From a virus (lineage: Duplodnaviria > Caudoviricetes), in the IMG/VR virus record IMGVR_UViG_3300025151_000035, positions 1 through 62,795 of that record: a stretch of 62,795 nucleotides of DNA. One strand, given 5' to 3'. The notes below the pieces were generated by a model. It was not told where the DNA came from and ran no database searches. It was given only the letters and a program-made list of their open reading frames with translations. A program made the position numbers and the translations under genes. Positions within the stretch are counted from its first letter, which is position 1, and the number at the start of each line of letters is the position of its first letter. Shown here in pieces: positions 49,574 through 58,558 of this stretch.

Positions 49574-51550
49574 CTAACCATACTGTTGATCAAACCATTC
49601 ATCTACCGATCTGTCTCCTAATACCTCCGATACTTCCGTGTTATAAAGTTCTTGAGTGTGGTACATTCCTATCATTAACGCCATGACTCTATCGAAGTTT
49701 CCTTTATGGTTGAACTTTATAAGCTCCTGGAGTAATGCCGGATCATAGATCCTATGCACATTGTATAACTGATTACCGTCTGCGTCTTTACCTCTAGGAG
49801 TCTGTAGCCAATCTCTTATGTATAACTCTCCTTGACGTTTACGTGCTACGGTCATGTGCATACCGTAGTTACGCTTTACTGTTCTGGACTGCAGCTCTTT
49901 TTTATCAAGCATTTCAAATTCTTCCTGTAAGAAATGCAGTTTCCGGAATCTTTTAGCAAAGCCTATAACATCGCCACGATCGTTCTCAAATCCTATCTTA
50001 GCATTGTAGTACTGTGACAGCATAAACATGATATTATTATAGTCATCCTGAGATTTAGGTCTCCCTATATAAGATGCTACGATCATGTCATCAGGCTTAG
50101 AAACGTTATTTACCCTTTTGATAACATATGCTGCCCCTAATGATCTGGAGTCACCTGATTGATCCTGACCGTACGGGTCATGACATAGGAAGTACAGTAA
50201 GTTGGGTACCTTACCTTCTACCTTGTGTGGAGTTTCATATACTACAACGGTGCCTTTTACATCATCACCTTTTCTATGAGGGAACTTATAAATAGGTTTT
50301 GCATCTCCGTTAGGTTTGAATGATACCTCTCCTTTTGTACCTAGGCTCATGTCCCCGGCTGTACCTACCACATGCAGTGCTTTTGCCCTGACTTTATTAT
50401 ACTGTTCCTGTAACATAGCAAGATCAAACAGATTACTTGATACTTGTAGTGTAGCTTCTGCAGGACAGAAAGGATGTTCAGCTAGGTACTGATCATAGGC
50501 ACTTGCATCATTTCCTCCTCTTTTCTTTTCTCTTTCTGCAGACTCAAACTCTTTAGCCTCTTCTATAAGTGAGTTTCCGTCGTCATCTATAAAGCCGTCT
50601 AATATCTCATAGATAGGTACAAAGTACCCGCACTTGGTTCCCTGGAGCCCTTCATCCCATTCATTCTCAAATTCCAGACAGTCATAGGTGTCAGGATGAT
50701 AAAACAGTTCTTCTAATGCTTCAAATCCCTCTCCCTCTGTACCACCTGTACCAAAGGCTATCATAGTACCCAGTGTTTTAGAACCTTGTCTCATAGTAGG
50801 CATGGCCATACCCCATGCTTCTAATAGACCAGGGAATGCTCCTGCTTCCTCAAAGAATATGAGTTCACCGGCTTTACCTCTTACCTTATCAGGGTCATCT
50901 TTCAGTGATACTCCTGCTATAGATGACTGTGTACCTGCATCTATAAACTGCCCCCCTACTTTCTTTTTATACCCTGATGTTTTAGCCATAGCTGTATCTA
51001 ACAGTCTAGGCTGGGTCCATGCAGTGTTACCGTCTATAAAGTTTACTATCTCCCACGCCTTTGTAAGGATGGCGTCAACACCCGTCAAGTATTCTTTCAT
51101 ACCTGCGAATACAAAGTTTTTAGAACCTTTCATAAGGAAGTAGTTCCTTGCAAGCATAGATGCAGCTTTATACGAATAACCTTTACGACGTGCTTTCAGC
51201 ACAACCATATGTTTATTCTCATTCCTGCATTTTTCCAGGTTTGTAAAGTACTTATGGTCGTTATCGTAGAATCTAGGCCAGTACTGCTTTCTTATAGGTC
51301 GTACTGTACCATCAGGTAACACTTCATCTTTTACTACCTTGATACGGCAATAGTTAAGATAGAAATAATGAAACCCTGAAATTGTTATATCTCCTTCAGG
51401 AGTTGTATATCCGTATAGACATCTGTCCCTCTCCCTATCCCAAAAGTCGTAGTATGCTTTAGTTCCTTTCGGTGCAGGTGTATAGAACCCGTTCTCGTCA
51501 AAGTAGTTGGCTGCAGGTGATAGTCTATGTGTATCCTTGAATTTACTCAC
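49574..51550 (-). CDS. terL: terminase large subunit
   Basis: 658 aa; HYFYLNY, LKARRKGYS (Walker A), FFEEAG (Walker B), AFGTGG, HDPY and NFDRVMA nuclease motifs; no intron or intein evident. Confidence 0.95.
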   Translation of the reverse strand: MSKFKDTHRLSPAANYFDENGFYTPAPKGTKAYYDFWDRERDRCLYGYTTPEGDITISGFHYFYLNYCRIKVVKDEVLPDGTVRPIRKQYWPRFYDNDHKYFTNLEKCRNENKHMVVLKARRKGYSYKAASMLARNYFLMKGSKNFVFAGMKEYLTGVDAILTKAWEIVNFIDGNTAWTQPRLLDTAMAKTSGYKKKVGGQFIDAGTQSSIAGVSLKDDPDKVRGKAGELIFFEEAGAFPGLLEAWGMAMPTMRQGSKTLGTMIAFGTGGTEGEGFEALEELFYHPDTYDCLEFENEWDEGLQGTKCGYFVPIYEILDGFIDDDGNSLIEEAKEFESAEREKKRGGNDASAYDQYLAEHPFCPAEATLQVSSNLFDLAMLQEQYNKVRAKALHVVGTAGDMSLGTKGEVSFKPNGDAKPIYKFPHRKGDDVKGTVVVYETPHKVEGKVPNLLYFLCHDPYGQDQSGDSRSLGAAYVIKRVNNVSKPDDMIVASYIGRPKSQDDYNNIMFMLSQYYNAKIGFENDRGDVIGFAKRFRKLHFLQEEFEMLDKKELQSRTVKRNYGMHMTVARKRQGELYIRDWLQTPRGKDADGNQLYNVHRIYDPALLQELIKFNHKGNFDRVMALMIGMYHTQELYNTEVSEVLGDRSVDEWFDQQYG

Positions 51551-52058
51551 TGTATCTATCTACCTGTACTCCACCCCATGTGTCACTTATCTCTGACTCT
51601 TTACGTACAGCTTCCTCTAGATCTTTTAGACCGTTAGTGGTCTTCCCCATCGTCTCAAGTATCCTTACATGTTTTGTAGGATCGTAGTCTTCGTCAGTTA
51701 CATCTATATTCTCTAACCACTCTTTTAAATAGGCTATTGAGTTTCTTGCAGCTTTCAGTAAGGACATAGCAGAGGTATCGTGACGATCATACTCTTCCAT
51801 AGCTGCTTTTACATATTTATCTACTTTATAGGTTTTACCAAACAATGCTTTAGATACCTCTATATGTTTCTGCTTGTTTTCATAAGCGCTATAAATAGAA
51901 TGTACGTCGCACATAAAATATACATAAGACAGTCTTTTTACAGCCTCTTCCTGATCAAAGTTGTCTACGATATCTTTAAACTGCTTTACACTTAAACAGT
52001 ATGCTGTAGGCTCAACTTTCAGATTGTCCTTTGTCTGTAGTAGACTTTCTCTTAGCAT
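51543..52058 (-). CDS. conserved protein upstream of terL (candidate terminase small subunit)
   Basis: 171 aa, helical; YVYFMCD..S.Y; overlaps the terL start. Confidence 0.55.
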   Translation of the reverse strand: MLRESLLQTKDNLKVEPTAYCLSVKQFKDIVDNFDQEEAVKRLSYVYFMCDVHSIYSAYENKQKHIEVSKALFGKTYKVDKYVKAAMEEYDRHDTSAMSLLKAARNSIAYLKEWLENIDVTDEDYDPTKHVRILETMGKTTNGLKDLEEAVRKESEISDTWGGVQVDRYSE

Positions 52059-52251
52059 CGTTTATATATTTTAACCTACTCTTCTTTACTCTAAATACTC
52101 CAAAGAATGGGAGTCTTACTGCTTCAAACCTACCTTCTGACATAGTTTTGGCTACGAGTTTAAACTGGGAGTTTACTATCTTCTCTACTTCATTAAGTGG
52201 AAGATCATGCTCAGTCGCTAGCAGCTGTATCAGTTTTTTCTTCTCCCCCAT
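52012..52251 (-). CDS. HU/IHF-like DNA-binding protein
   Basis: 79 aa; LIQLLA...VEKIVNSQF...VRLPFFGVFRVK matches the HU/IHF fold signature. Confidence 0.75.
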   Translation of the reverse strand: MGEKKKLIQLLATEHDLPLNEVEKIVNSQFKLVAKTMSEGRFEAVRLPFFGVFRVKKSRLKYINDAKRKSTTDKGQSES

Positions 52252-52492
52252 TTGTTTTTACATTCACCCATTTAGGTGGGTTATCCGGACATACACTTGT
52301 TCTCCATCTAGCTTTAACAGGCATATAGCATCCACATAGATTACATGTTTGCCTCTCTGAAAAGTTAGGACACTTTGTACACATCCCTATCCTTTCAGCA
52401 TATTTGGATACGCTTACATTTTTAAATCCGTCATTACCGTGCTTTTTTAAAGCTTCGGCAAAGTCCCATACCATTTTAGCCAATCCTTTCAT
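52211..52492 (-). CDS. small Cys-rich (metal-binding) protein
   Basis: 93 aa; R...CTKC...CNLCGC...K......CP....W. Confidence 0.65.
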   Translation of the reverse strand: MKGLAKMVWDFAEALKKHGNDGFKNVSVSKYAERIGMCTKCPNFSERQTCNLCGCYMPVKARWRTSVCPDNPPKWVNVKTNGGEEKTDTAASD

Positions 52493-52603
52493 TATTCTGC
52501 AGCTTCTAATATTATCTGTAAAAGTTTTCCTGTGTTGCTATAAGTAATGCTTACAACAGAATCTTCATTTGTAAATACTACAACTATGTTATTTGAACTA
52601 AAA

Positions 52604-52927
52604 TCACCTAAGTATATCGATCTCCACTCCATCAAAATCTGAAAATAACTTTGAGTATGAATACTTTTTATCATTATAAGATACTGCTTTTTTATCTTTC
52701 AGTCTTTTGATGTAGGTATTTATAGCTGATAAAGGCATATCGGTATCTTTAGCTACTGCCTCTCTATGATCTCTATCACAGAACTCTTTATAAGGTTGAT
52801 CTATAAAAGAAGATAGTACAGTCATTTCTTTATCTGTAAGATTGTATATACCATTCCACAGACTTATTCTTTGGTATGTACTTTTTACCGGGATCTTTAG
52901 TTTGAGTATTTTGCTATCAGTCGACAT
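52604..52927 (-). CDS. putative winged helix-turn-helix DNA-binding protein
   Basis: 107 aa; LTDKEMTVL...REAVAKDTDMPLSAINTYIKRLKDKKAV. Confidence 0.65.
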   Translation of the reverse strand: MSTDSKILKLKIPVKSTYQRISLWNGIYNLTDKEMTVLSSFIDQPYKEFCDRDHREAVAKDTDMPLSAINTYIKRLKDKKAVSYNDKKYSYSKLFSDFDGVEIDILR

Positions 52928-53142
52928 CGTTCAGGTGTTACTTCTAATTTAGATAGTGCATCAGGCAATCTGTTATAACTTTCAGCTATCAATCTCATAT
53001 CATTGGTCTTTGCCATATGCTCGAGGAGTCTAGATACTTCCCTATCCAGATCTCCTGCGAGCTTTTTAGCTTTAACCCCTACTTCTGAGTTTTTTTGAAG
53101 AGTTTCAAAATCCTCTAAGGATATTGTAACTGTTCCTTTCAT
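52897..53142 (-). CDS. hypothetical protein
   Basis: 81 aa; MKGTVTISLEDF; TAATG-coupled to the upstream gene. Confidence 0.6.
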   Translation of the reverse strand: MKGTVTISLEDFETLQKNSEVGVKAKKLAGDLDREVSRLLEHMAKTNDMRLIAESYNRLPDALSKLEVTPERCRLIAKYSN

Positions 53143-53435
53143 TACTCAACCATCATGATCTGGTTCTCTTGTACAACCAGATATCCCTTCTCATCCTTAT
53201 CATGCACTACGGCAAAAGGCATTCTAGGGTCTACGATCACATTTTTACCTGCTTCGATAGATTTATCTAGAACTCGCTCTCCTACGGAGTGCACTTCAAG
53301 AATGTTTGTTTTGATCTCATCTACCTGGTCATCTTCCATAGCAGCTTTCGCTTCTTTAGATAGGTGGATAACAGGTTTCTCTTTTTTTGGTTCTCTTGGA
53401 TCTATTAAGGCAATCCATGTTCCCGTAGCTTTCAT
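53142..53435 (-). CDS. GroES/Cpn10-like co-chaperonin
   Basis: 97 aa; MKATGTWIALI...EVHSVG...IEAGKNVIV...YLVVQENQIM follows the GroES beta-barrel pattern. Confidence 0.65.
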   Translation of the reverse strand: MKATGTWIALIDPREPKKEKPVIHLSKEAKAAMEDDQVDEIKTNILEVHSVGERVLDKSIEAGKNVIVDPRMPFAVVHDKDEKGYLVVQENQIMMVE

Positions 53436-53461
53436 TATAAAATATGTTATTGATTTGATTA

Positions 53462-53469
53462 CAAATCTA
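53462..53469 (-). promoter_or_regulatory. Bacteroidota sigma-70 -7 element (TAGATTTG)
   Basis: Exact TAnnTTTG match in the intergenic gap upstream of the GroES-like gene. Confidence 0.6.
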
Positions 53470-53477
53470 GTAATATT

Positions 53478-54296
53478 TTATTTATCGTTAAGCTCTGCCT
53501 GTTTTGCGTTCCAATCCTGTTCAAGCTTCTGCTGCCAGACTTTATTAGAGATTGTAAAGTATCTTTGACACCTTTTAACTAAGCACTGCAATTGATGTTT
53601 AGGGATACCCGAAGCACTGTATCTTGTCTTTCTTAACTTGACTTTTTCTGATCCACATGATGGGCATGAAAATCTTCCGTAACCTGTCTGCGCACCTGCA
53701 TGTATGTTGTGGTTTACATACGGTTGCAGCTTATGGAATACATCTTCTAATAGCTCTACATCTTTCTTGCAGTACTCTACCATCTTATCTAACGCCTCTT
53801 GGTCATTGTTTAAGGTTATCTTAACCCAATCACTAAAACCTACTGGGCTTTTACCTTCATCAAATAGCAGTTTACCTAGATAATCAAGTTTGTTACTGTT
53901 AAACCTGAAATGTGCACGAGCTTTTTTAAGTGTGTCGTAGCTATTTAGTTTAGGGGGGCATGATATATCGTGTATAAGGCACCGTGTACGTATCCACTTT
54001 TCATCAAACCTATCACCATTATGTGCTACAAGTTCATCAGCAAGGCTTGCTACCTCCATAAAATGTGAAAGGAGCGCTTTATCACACCCCTCTTCCCAAC
54101 TCAAACTATGTACTTTGCTTTGTCCTTCCCACTTATAACAGATGCATATAATCGCTCTTTCTTTGATTATGTTATCCGGTGGGATACTTACTTTATATCC
54201 AGAACTCCAGAAGAATCCTATATTCGGAGATGTTTCTATATCGTAGAACAGACGCTTAAATCCGTCTGGTGGCATTACAAAGTTCAGTGGTTTCAT
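53478..54296 (-). CDS. DEDD/RNase H-like 3'-5' exonuclease with a C-terminal Zn ribbon
   Basis: 272 aa; FYDIET (ExoI), HNGDRFD (ExoII), YCKKDV (ExoIII); CPSC...CLVKRC. Confidence 0.85.
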   Translation of the reverse strand: MKPLNFVMPPDGFKRLFYDIETSPNIGFFWSSGYKVSIPPDNIIKERAIICICYKWEGQSKVHSLSWEEGCDKALLSHFMEVASLADELVAHNGDRFDEKWIRTRCLIHDISCPPKLNSYDTLKKARAHFRFNSNKLDYLGKLLFDEGKSPVGFSDWVKITLNNDQEALDKMVEYCKKDVELLEDVFHKLQPYVNHNIHAGAQTGYGRFSCPSCGSEKVKLRKTRYSASGIPKHQLQCLVKRCQRYFTISNKVWQQKLEQDWNAKQAELNDK

Positions 54297-54502
54297 TTGT
54301 CCTGGGGCATTATTCTCTCTCTGTAGAACTTGATATCCAGGGTTTTGATCTTAGCTGCAATTTCCATCCACTTATTATTAGCGGCTTTTCTTTCCTCGTC
54401 TGTGCTGTCTATTCCAAGGTTAGCCTGTATAGATGCGTTCTGTCTTAGCAGATCGTCTATTTTTTCCTTGATATCTTCTTCAGTGTAGTAGTAGTATGTC
54501 AT
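54293..54502 (-). CDS. hypothetical protein
   Basis: 69 aa; ATGA overlaps on both sides. Confidence 0.6.
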   Translation of the reverse strand: MTYYYYTEEDIKEKIDDLLRQNASIQANLGIDSTDEERKAANNKWMEIAAKIKTLDIKFYRERIMPQDK

Positions 54503-55104
54503 CTATTGATAAAGTTACGTCCGACTCCTACCATTATAAAATGATCGCTGTTATATGCGTAACTACCGCTAATATAAGTATTTTTTATAGTAGTATGTAG
54601 GCCTAACCCGAATAATGGTTTATAAGATCGGTTAAAATCGCTTTGTAATCCGGCTATACCATGTAATCCTAACGACCATGTGGTCTTAGTCTTTACCGGG
54701 GTGTATGTTACTTTGAGGTTCTCAGATACATTCTGATAGTTCTGCCACTTCAGGTTTACAAGAGAGGTTGTAAAGTCTAGTGTGGTGTCGTACTTATTTA
54801 CTTCTGTAAGCCACGTTTCTATGATAGATATTGTATCTACTTTGAATACCGTATCCTTACGTATAATGTTGTTAGTTATGGTGTCGTAATGCGTTACGAT
54901 CTTCTTTTCTACAAATCTAACAGTATCAGTCTGCCATCTATCTACATACTCTGTAACATAGACAGGTTTTTCTACTTCTATAGTTTGTGTTACGGGTTTA
55001 CCGCTACTTGTACCGCACCCTTTCCAGGCTACAACCACTCCTAGAAGGAATGCTATTAAATACGGTAGATACTCTTTTATCAGATTTACAACGATCAAGT
55101 TCAT
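54499..55104 (-). CDS. membrane-anchored, spanin-like lysis accessory protein
   Basis: 201 aa; N-terminal hydrophobic segment ending WKGC, DT-rich stalk, C-terminal amphipathic beta strands; follows the amidase. Confidence 0.55.
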   Translation of the reverse strand: MNLIVVNLIKEYLPYLIAFLLGVVVAWKGCGTSSGKPVTQTIEVEKPVYVTEYVDRWQTDTVRFVEKKIVTHYDTITNNIIRKDTVFKVDTISIIETWLTEVNKYDTTLDFTTSLVNLKWQNYQNVSENLKVTYTPVKTKTTWSLGLHGIAGLQSDFNRSYKPLFGLGLHTTIKNTYISGSYAYNSDHFIMVGVGRNFINR

Positions 55105-55198
55105 TTTCGAGTTTTTCTACTTTAACCCCTAATAATACCATAACTATTAAGAATACAAAGGTCAACCCATAAAATAACTTTGTTTCAAAGTCTTTCAT
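55004..55198 (-). CDS. small TM protein (candidate i-spanin-like)
   Basis: 64 aa; N-terminal TM helix plus a short coiled coil with Cys; ATGA-coupled to the amidase stop. Confidence 0.45.
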   Translation of the reverse strand: MKDFETKLFYGLTFVFLIVMVLLGVKVEKLENELDRCKSDKRVSTVFNSIPSRSGCSLERVRYK

Positions 55199-55605
55199 AT
55201 GTCCTTATACTCTTCTCTTGCATCAAATGACGGACATGCTTTACTTGATACATCTCTATGTCCTATGATCTGTGCTTGCGGGTATCGATCTTTTAGGTCT
55301 TCTAATATACACCTTAAAGTTTCTTTCTGTGTATCTGTACGTGTATCCTTTGGATCTAGATTTTTATCTACACCTCCCACGTAACATACCCCTATAGAGT
55401 TCTTATTGAATCCTTTCGCGTGAGCTCCATTCTTATACTCAGGTCTTCCTTCTTCTAAAGTACCATTAAGAGTTATAACCCAGTGATAACCTATATCAGA
55501 CCAATTACGGTCTTCTACATGCCACCTTCTGATCTCATCTACACTTACATCTCTACCTTCAGGGGTAGCACTACAATGGACTATGATTTTGTTTATGTTT
55601 CTCAT
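55195..55605 (-). CDS. endolysin, N-acetylmuramoyl-L-alanine amidase (T7 lysozyme-like, Amidase_2)
   Basis: 136 aa; IIVHCSAT, WSDIGYH, GAHAKGFN, IGVCYVGG, GHRD...KACPSF. Confidence 0.95.
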   Translation of the reverse strand: MRNINKIIVHCSATPEGRDVSVDEIRRWHVEDRNWSDIGYHWVITLNGTLEEGRPEYKNGAHAKGFNKNSIGVCYVGGVDKNLDPKDTRTDTQKETLRCILEDLKDRYPQAQIIGHRDVSSKACPSFDAREEYKDI

Positions 55606-55955
55606 GCCTCTTCAATCTTTTCCCATTTATCATAGTATGCTTGCAATGCAAGATAAAACTCATTTTCTGTAAGAGGTGCAGATGAAAGTCCCCCTTTATA
55701 AAATACGAATTGCTTTTCATGCGAAGTTGCTATGTACACTATCCTATCATGTTTTGAAGTCTCTCCTCTCATAGGAACTTCATAGAGTACTTCAACAATA
55801 TCTCCTGCGCAATGCATTGCATGCGAGTAATTTTTTAAGTTTTTTTCTTTTGCAAATTCATCTACTGGAAATTGAGGTTTTCCGTCTGCATATATTACCA
55901 ATCTGTAATCTTTACTCGGATCAAACCGTGTATCTACTCCTCTATACTTTGTCAT
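55602..55955 (-). CDS. hypothetical protein within the lysis cassette
   Basis: 117 aa; ATGA overlap with the amidase. Confidence 0.6.
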   Translation of the reverse strand: MTKYRGVDTRFDPSKDYRLVIYADGKPQFPVDEFAKEKNLKNYSHAMHCAGDIVEVLYEVPMRGETSKHDRIVYIATSHEKQFVFYKGGLSSAPLTENEFYLALQAYYDKWEKIEEA

Positions 55956-56074
55956 TTTTTCTTTGGGGTTATTCCTTTAACTGAGCAGTTACCGGTTTTT
56001 ACACACCTAGGATCACATTCTCTAGGAGATATATCGCACCATATTTTCTTAGGCTCTTTTGGACCAACCTTCAA
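55952..56074 (-). CDS. small Cys-rich peptide (not in the ORF track)
   Basis: TTG start, 40 aa (M)KVGPKEPKKIWCDISPRECDPRCVKTGNCSVKGITPKKK; fills the gap after the holin and ends in an ATGA overlap with the next gene. Confidence 0.45.
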   Translation of the reverse strand: MKVGPKEPKKIWCDISPRECDPRCVKTGNCSVKGITPKKK

Positions 56075-56444
56075 TCTTATTCATCAAATGTTTCCAGATA
56101 TCTACACCTGTAATACTTGCGATGTTCTCCATATTACTCTTGAACTCAACGATAGCAATGTATCCAGCAGTTAACTTAGCAACAGGCATCCAATCCATGA
56201 AAGATACTTCCATTACTCTACTCAAGATAATAGCGATAGAGTAGAAGATAATTTTAGAAACTGTTCGGGCTAGACGATTAGAGCGTATCTCTTCGCCTCT
56301 TAGCTTGGCTGCTCTGCATCCGGTTATAACGTCAAAGAATATTAGAACCGCTAGTCCAATGATAGCTGCCGTGATAGGTGCAAAGAAAAGTACTATGTAA
56401 GGTACTCCTAGCTTCAATAGTGTACTCAGTTCAAAGGCTTTCAT
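56049..56444 (-). CDS. phage holin (Phage_holin_4-like)
   Basis: 131 aa; several TM segments; D.ITG...IRSNRL..T..K...Y and EFKSNMEN motifs. Confidence 0.85.
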   Translation of the reverse strand: MKAFELSTLLKLGVPYIVLFFAPITAAIIGLAVLIFFDVITGCRAAKLRGEEIRSNRLARTVSKIIFYSIAIILSRVMEVSFMDWMPVAKLTAGYIAIVEFKSNMENIASITGVDIWKHLMNKIEGWSKRA

Positions 56445-56671
56445 TCTTCTTCAGGATCTGGCGGAAAGTTTTCATTGTACCAAGTTACAAATGCAGGGGG
56501 AGGAGTTTCATGATACTCCCATCCATCTACAGGATAGTCATACTCTGCATGGTCTTCAATCAGTAGCGTGTAGTTAGCATTCTCTACTTTCTCAAGACCT
56601 ACAGACCAAAACTCTGATGGCTCTGTTTGTTGCTTGTAAAAAGCTGGTTGTGTCGGTAATGATTTTAACAT
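56441..56671 (-). CDS. hypothetical protein (fibre-associated)
   Basis: 76 aa; AFYK...YDYPVDGWEY; follows the repeat protein. Confidence 0.55.
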   Translation of the reverse strand: MLKSLPTQPAFYKQQTEPSEFWSVGLEKVENANYTLLIEDHAEYDYPVDGWEYHETPPPAFVTWYNENFPPDPEEE

Positions 56672-56675
56672 CTTC

Positions 56676-57929
56676 TTATGTTGTTACTGTCCACCCTTTA
56701 TTGGTGGCGATTAATAAGTCAGCGGCAGTAAGGTCTCCTACACCTGGATTATTAGTAATAGTTATAGTGGCTGAAGCCGTACCAAGGTCGTTGAACACTT
56801 GAACTAATGCTTCTCTACTCATATTGCAGTTGGTAAGATCAAATGAGACTGTTAGACCTGTTATTCTCAACCACTCTAGGCTACGACAATCTTGGAATGC
56901 TCCTGTGGTATTAGTTACCCCTGAACCATCTATTGTTTCAACTCTTCCAAGAACATAATCGTTACGGAACATCCTGTAAATACTTAATGGTGCGGTGCTT
57001 GCCTCCCTAAAATATGCTTGCTTTAGATTAGTACAAGATTGAAATGCTTGCGAAAATCCACTTGCATTATCAATGCTATCCCATCTTGTAGGATTTGCAG
57101 ATGTTCCAACTGTAATTAAAGAGGAGCATGATTCCAGAATACTAAGCGGATACTTTACTCCTTTGAATAGATTTTCTGCGGCAGTCCCCGTAATTGTTCG
57201 GATTCTAGATGACTTTAGTGCTTGCGTACTTGTTGTAATTCCTGACGTTGGCGTTTGTAATTCGGATATGTCGATATCACCAGCCAATCCAAACATTTGT
57301 TGCCAGTTAGTTATATCTTCAAAATTCCCCTTGATCTTACAAAATTCGTCACAGTTATAGAAGGCATAAGTTGCAGTTGTTACATTACAAGTACCCACCC
57401 ACTCAAACTCTTCAAGTGATTTGTGAAATGACTTACTTGTTGTCCCCCTGAAACAATTATTCAAACTTGTAATTGTCTGAGAGGTTATCTTAACCGATAA
57501 TGTAGGTTGAAGGAATCCACCGTTAGCGTCAGCGTGAGTCCGATACATATCAAACCCTGTAAGAGTACCAGTTTCAGGAGTTATCTTAGTGATAACCTGC
57601 TTGTAACCAAACTCAGAGACCTCACCTGTTCCTTTGCTATAATCAAGGTCAAAATCTGCTTGCGCTGCTGATGAATGGTTGGTAACAGTTGTACCATCAT
57701 TATACAGGTCTACAGTATAGTTCCCTGACGATACGGTAGCATAGACGGACATAAAGTTCGGTCTGTCATCTCCATACACTTGAGATAGGATGTATATTAC
57801 ATCATCACCATCTGAAGTAGACGGGAGGTCAAGCCAATCTGGGTTACGTACCCATGCTCTAGAAGTACATGTACCTCCACCACCACCTGAACCTCCTCTT
57901 GGTCCTGTTAATCCTACACCTATAGCCAT
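56676..57929 (-). CDS. BspA/DUF285-like repeat (solenoid) protein, candidate receptor-binding or accessory fibre
   Basis: About 417 aa from MAIGVG; repeated (A/M)F..C..L units; ends IATNKGWTV as in phage LRR-like fibre proteins. Confidence 0.65.
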   Translation of the reverse strand: MAIGVGLTGPRGGSGGGGGTCTSRAWVRNPDWLDLPSTSDGDDVIYILSQVYGDDRPNFMSVYATVSSGNYTVDLYNDGTTVTNHSSAAQADFDLDYSKGTGEVSEFGYKQVITKITPETGTLTGFDMYRTHADANGGFLQPTLSVKITSQTITSLNNCFRGTTSKSFHKSLEEFEWVGTCNVTTATYAFYNCDEFCKIKGNFEDITNWQQMFGLAGDIDISELQTPTSGITTSTQALKSSRIRTITGTAAENLFKGVKYPLSILESCSSLITVGTSANPTRWDSIDNASGFSQAFQSCTNLKQAYFREASTAPLSIYRMFRNDYVLGRVETIDGSGVTNTTGAFQDCRSLEWLRITGLTVSFDLTNCNMSREALVQVFNDLGTASATITITNNPGVGDLTAADLLIATNKGWTVTT

Positions 57930-57931
57930 GA

Positions 57932-58249
57932 TTACAGCATATAGATTATACAATCACCACTAGCCATGGTAATAGCTGTGATCTGTGACCCTTTAGGTAC
58001 CGGTAAGTACGCTCCTGCCTTTACAGTTATTCCTGATAGTCCATAATCAGAAAGCTTTGCTACGCCATTAACAAGGAATTTTGTAAACACTGTATCCGTG
58101 TTAGCTACGATAGCGTAACCTGTCAATGAAGTATGATCTCCTGTACCCGTAAGCATTTTAAAACCTCCTGTCCCTGTAATACTCTTAAGATCTTCAGAGT
58201 TTATAGAGGTTGTCCTTAAATATTGTTCTGATGGTGTTGATGCTGCCAT
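57932..58249 (-). CDS. small beta-rich structural-like protein, first gene of the late operon
   Basis: 105 aa from ATG 58249 (the TTG at 58270 lies within the promoter element). Confidence 0.65.
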   Translation of the reverse strand: MAASTPSEQYLRTTSINSEDLKSITGTGGFKMLTGTGDHTSLTGYAIVANTDTVFTKFLVNGVAKLSDYGLSGITVKAGAYLPVPKGSQITAITMASGDCIIYML

Positions 58250-58267
58250 TTTAATTAAGTCTTTGTT

Positions 58268-58275
58268 CAAAGATA
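58268..58275 (-). promoter_or_regulatory. Bacteroidota sigma-70 -7 element (TATCTTTG)
   Basis: Exact TAnnTTTG match followed by an A-rich leader with no SD sequence, then ATG 58249. Confidence 0.6.
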
Positions 58276-58284
58276 TAAAAAGTC

Positions 58285-58555
58285 CCTTGAGAGTTTTACC
58301 TCTCTAACTCTTTCAATCGGGATTTAGACCTGACCAGTGCTTCCTTTCGGATACCTAGGGTTGACTTTCTTGGTGTTACTTCACCTACACTTACCTATGT
58401 GTTGCCTTATGGCAGTCAACCCAAATCGGGCCCTATATTCCGTCTCTTCTGTATCCTATCGGAGAAAACTCCACCTCTATTTAAGGCTACAATCCGACTT
58501 CTGACCCCTTACTGCTCTTTCGATCCTCTTGGGTGATCACTTTCGTGGGATACGG
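58285..58555 (-). ncRNA. candidate ~270-nt structured non-coding RNA
   Basis: No ORF of 60 aa or more; minus-strand GAAA-capped hairpins (CACGAAAGTG, TCCGAAAGGA); long-range stems GGGTTGAC/GTCAACCC and GTATCC/GGATAC; promoter element immediately upstream. Confidence 0.55.
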
Positions 58556-58558
58556 TTA

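Noticed and set aside
52492-52674. 60-aa minus-strand ORF
   Set aside because: Overlaps the wHTH gene by 70 nt and has no recognisable motif; a shorter version from ATG 52632 is possible but unsupported
651-57360. Numerous 60-165-aa plus-strand ORFs opposite the late genes
   Set aside because: Antisense shadows of the real genes, with Ser/Leu/Phe-rich non-protein-like composition
617-58249. Stop-codon reassignment, introns or inteins as seen in some crAss-like phages
   Set aside because: Long ORFs are intact under the standard code and TAG, TGA and TAA all end genes; terL, MCP and portal are uninterrupted and of ordinary size
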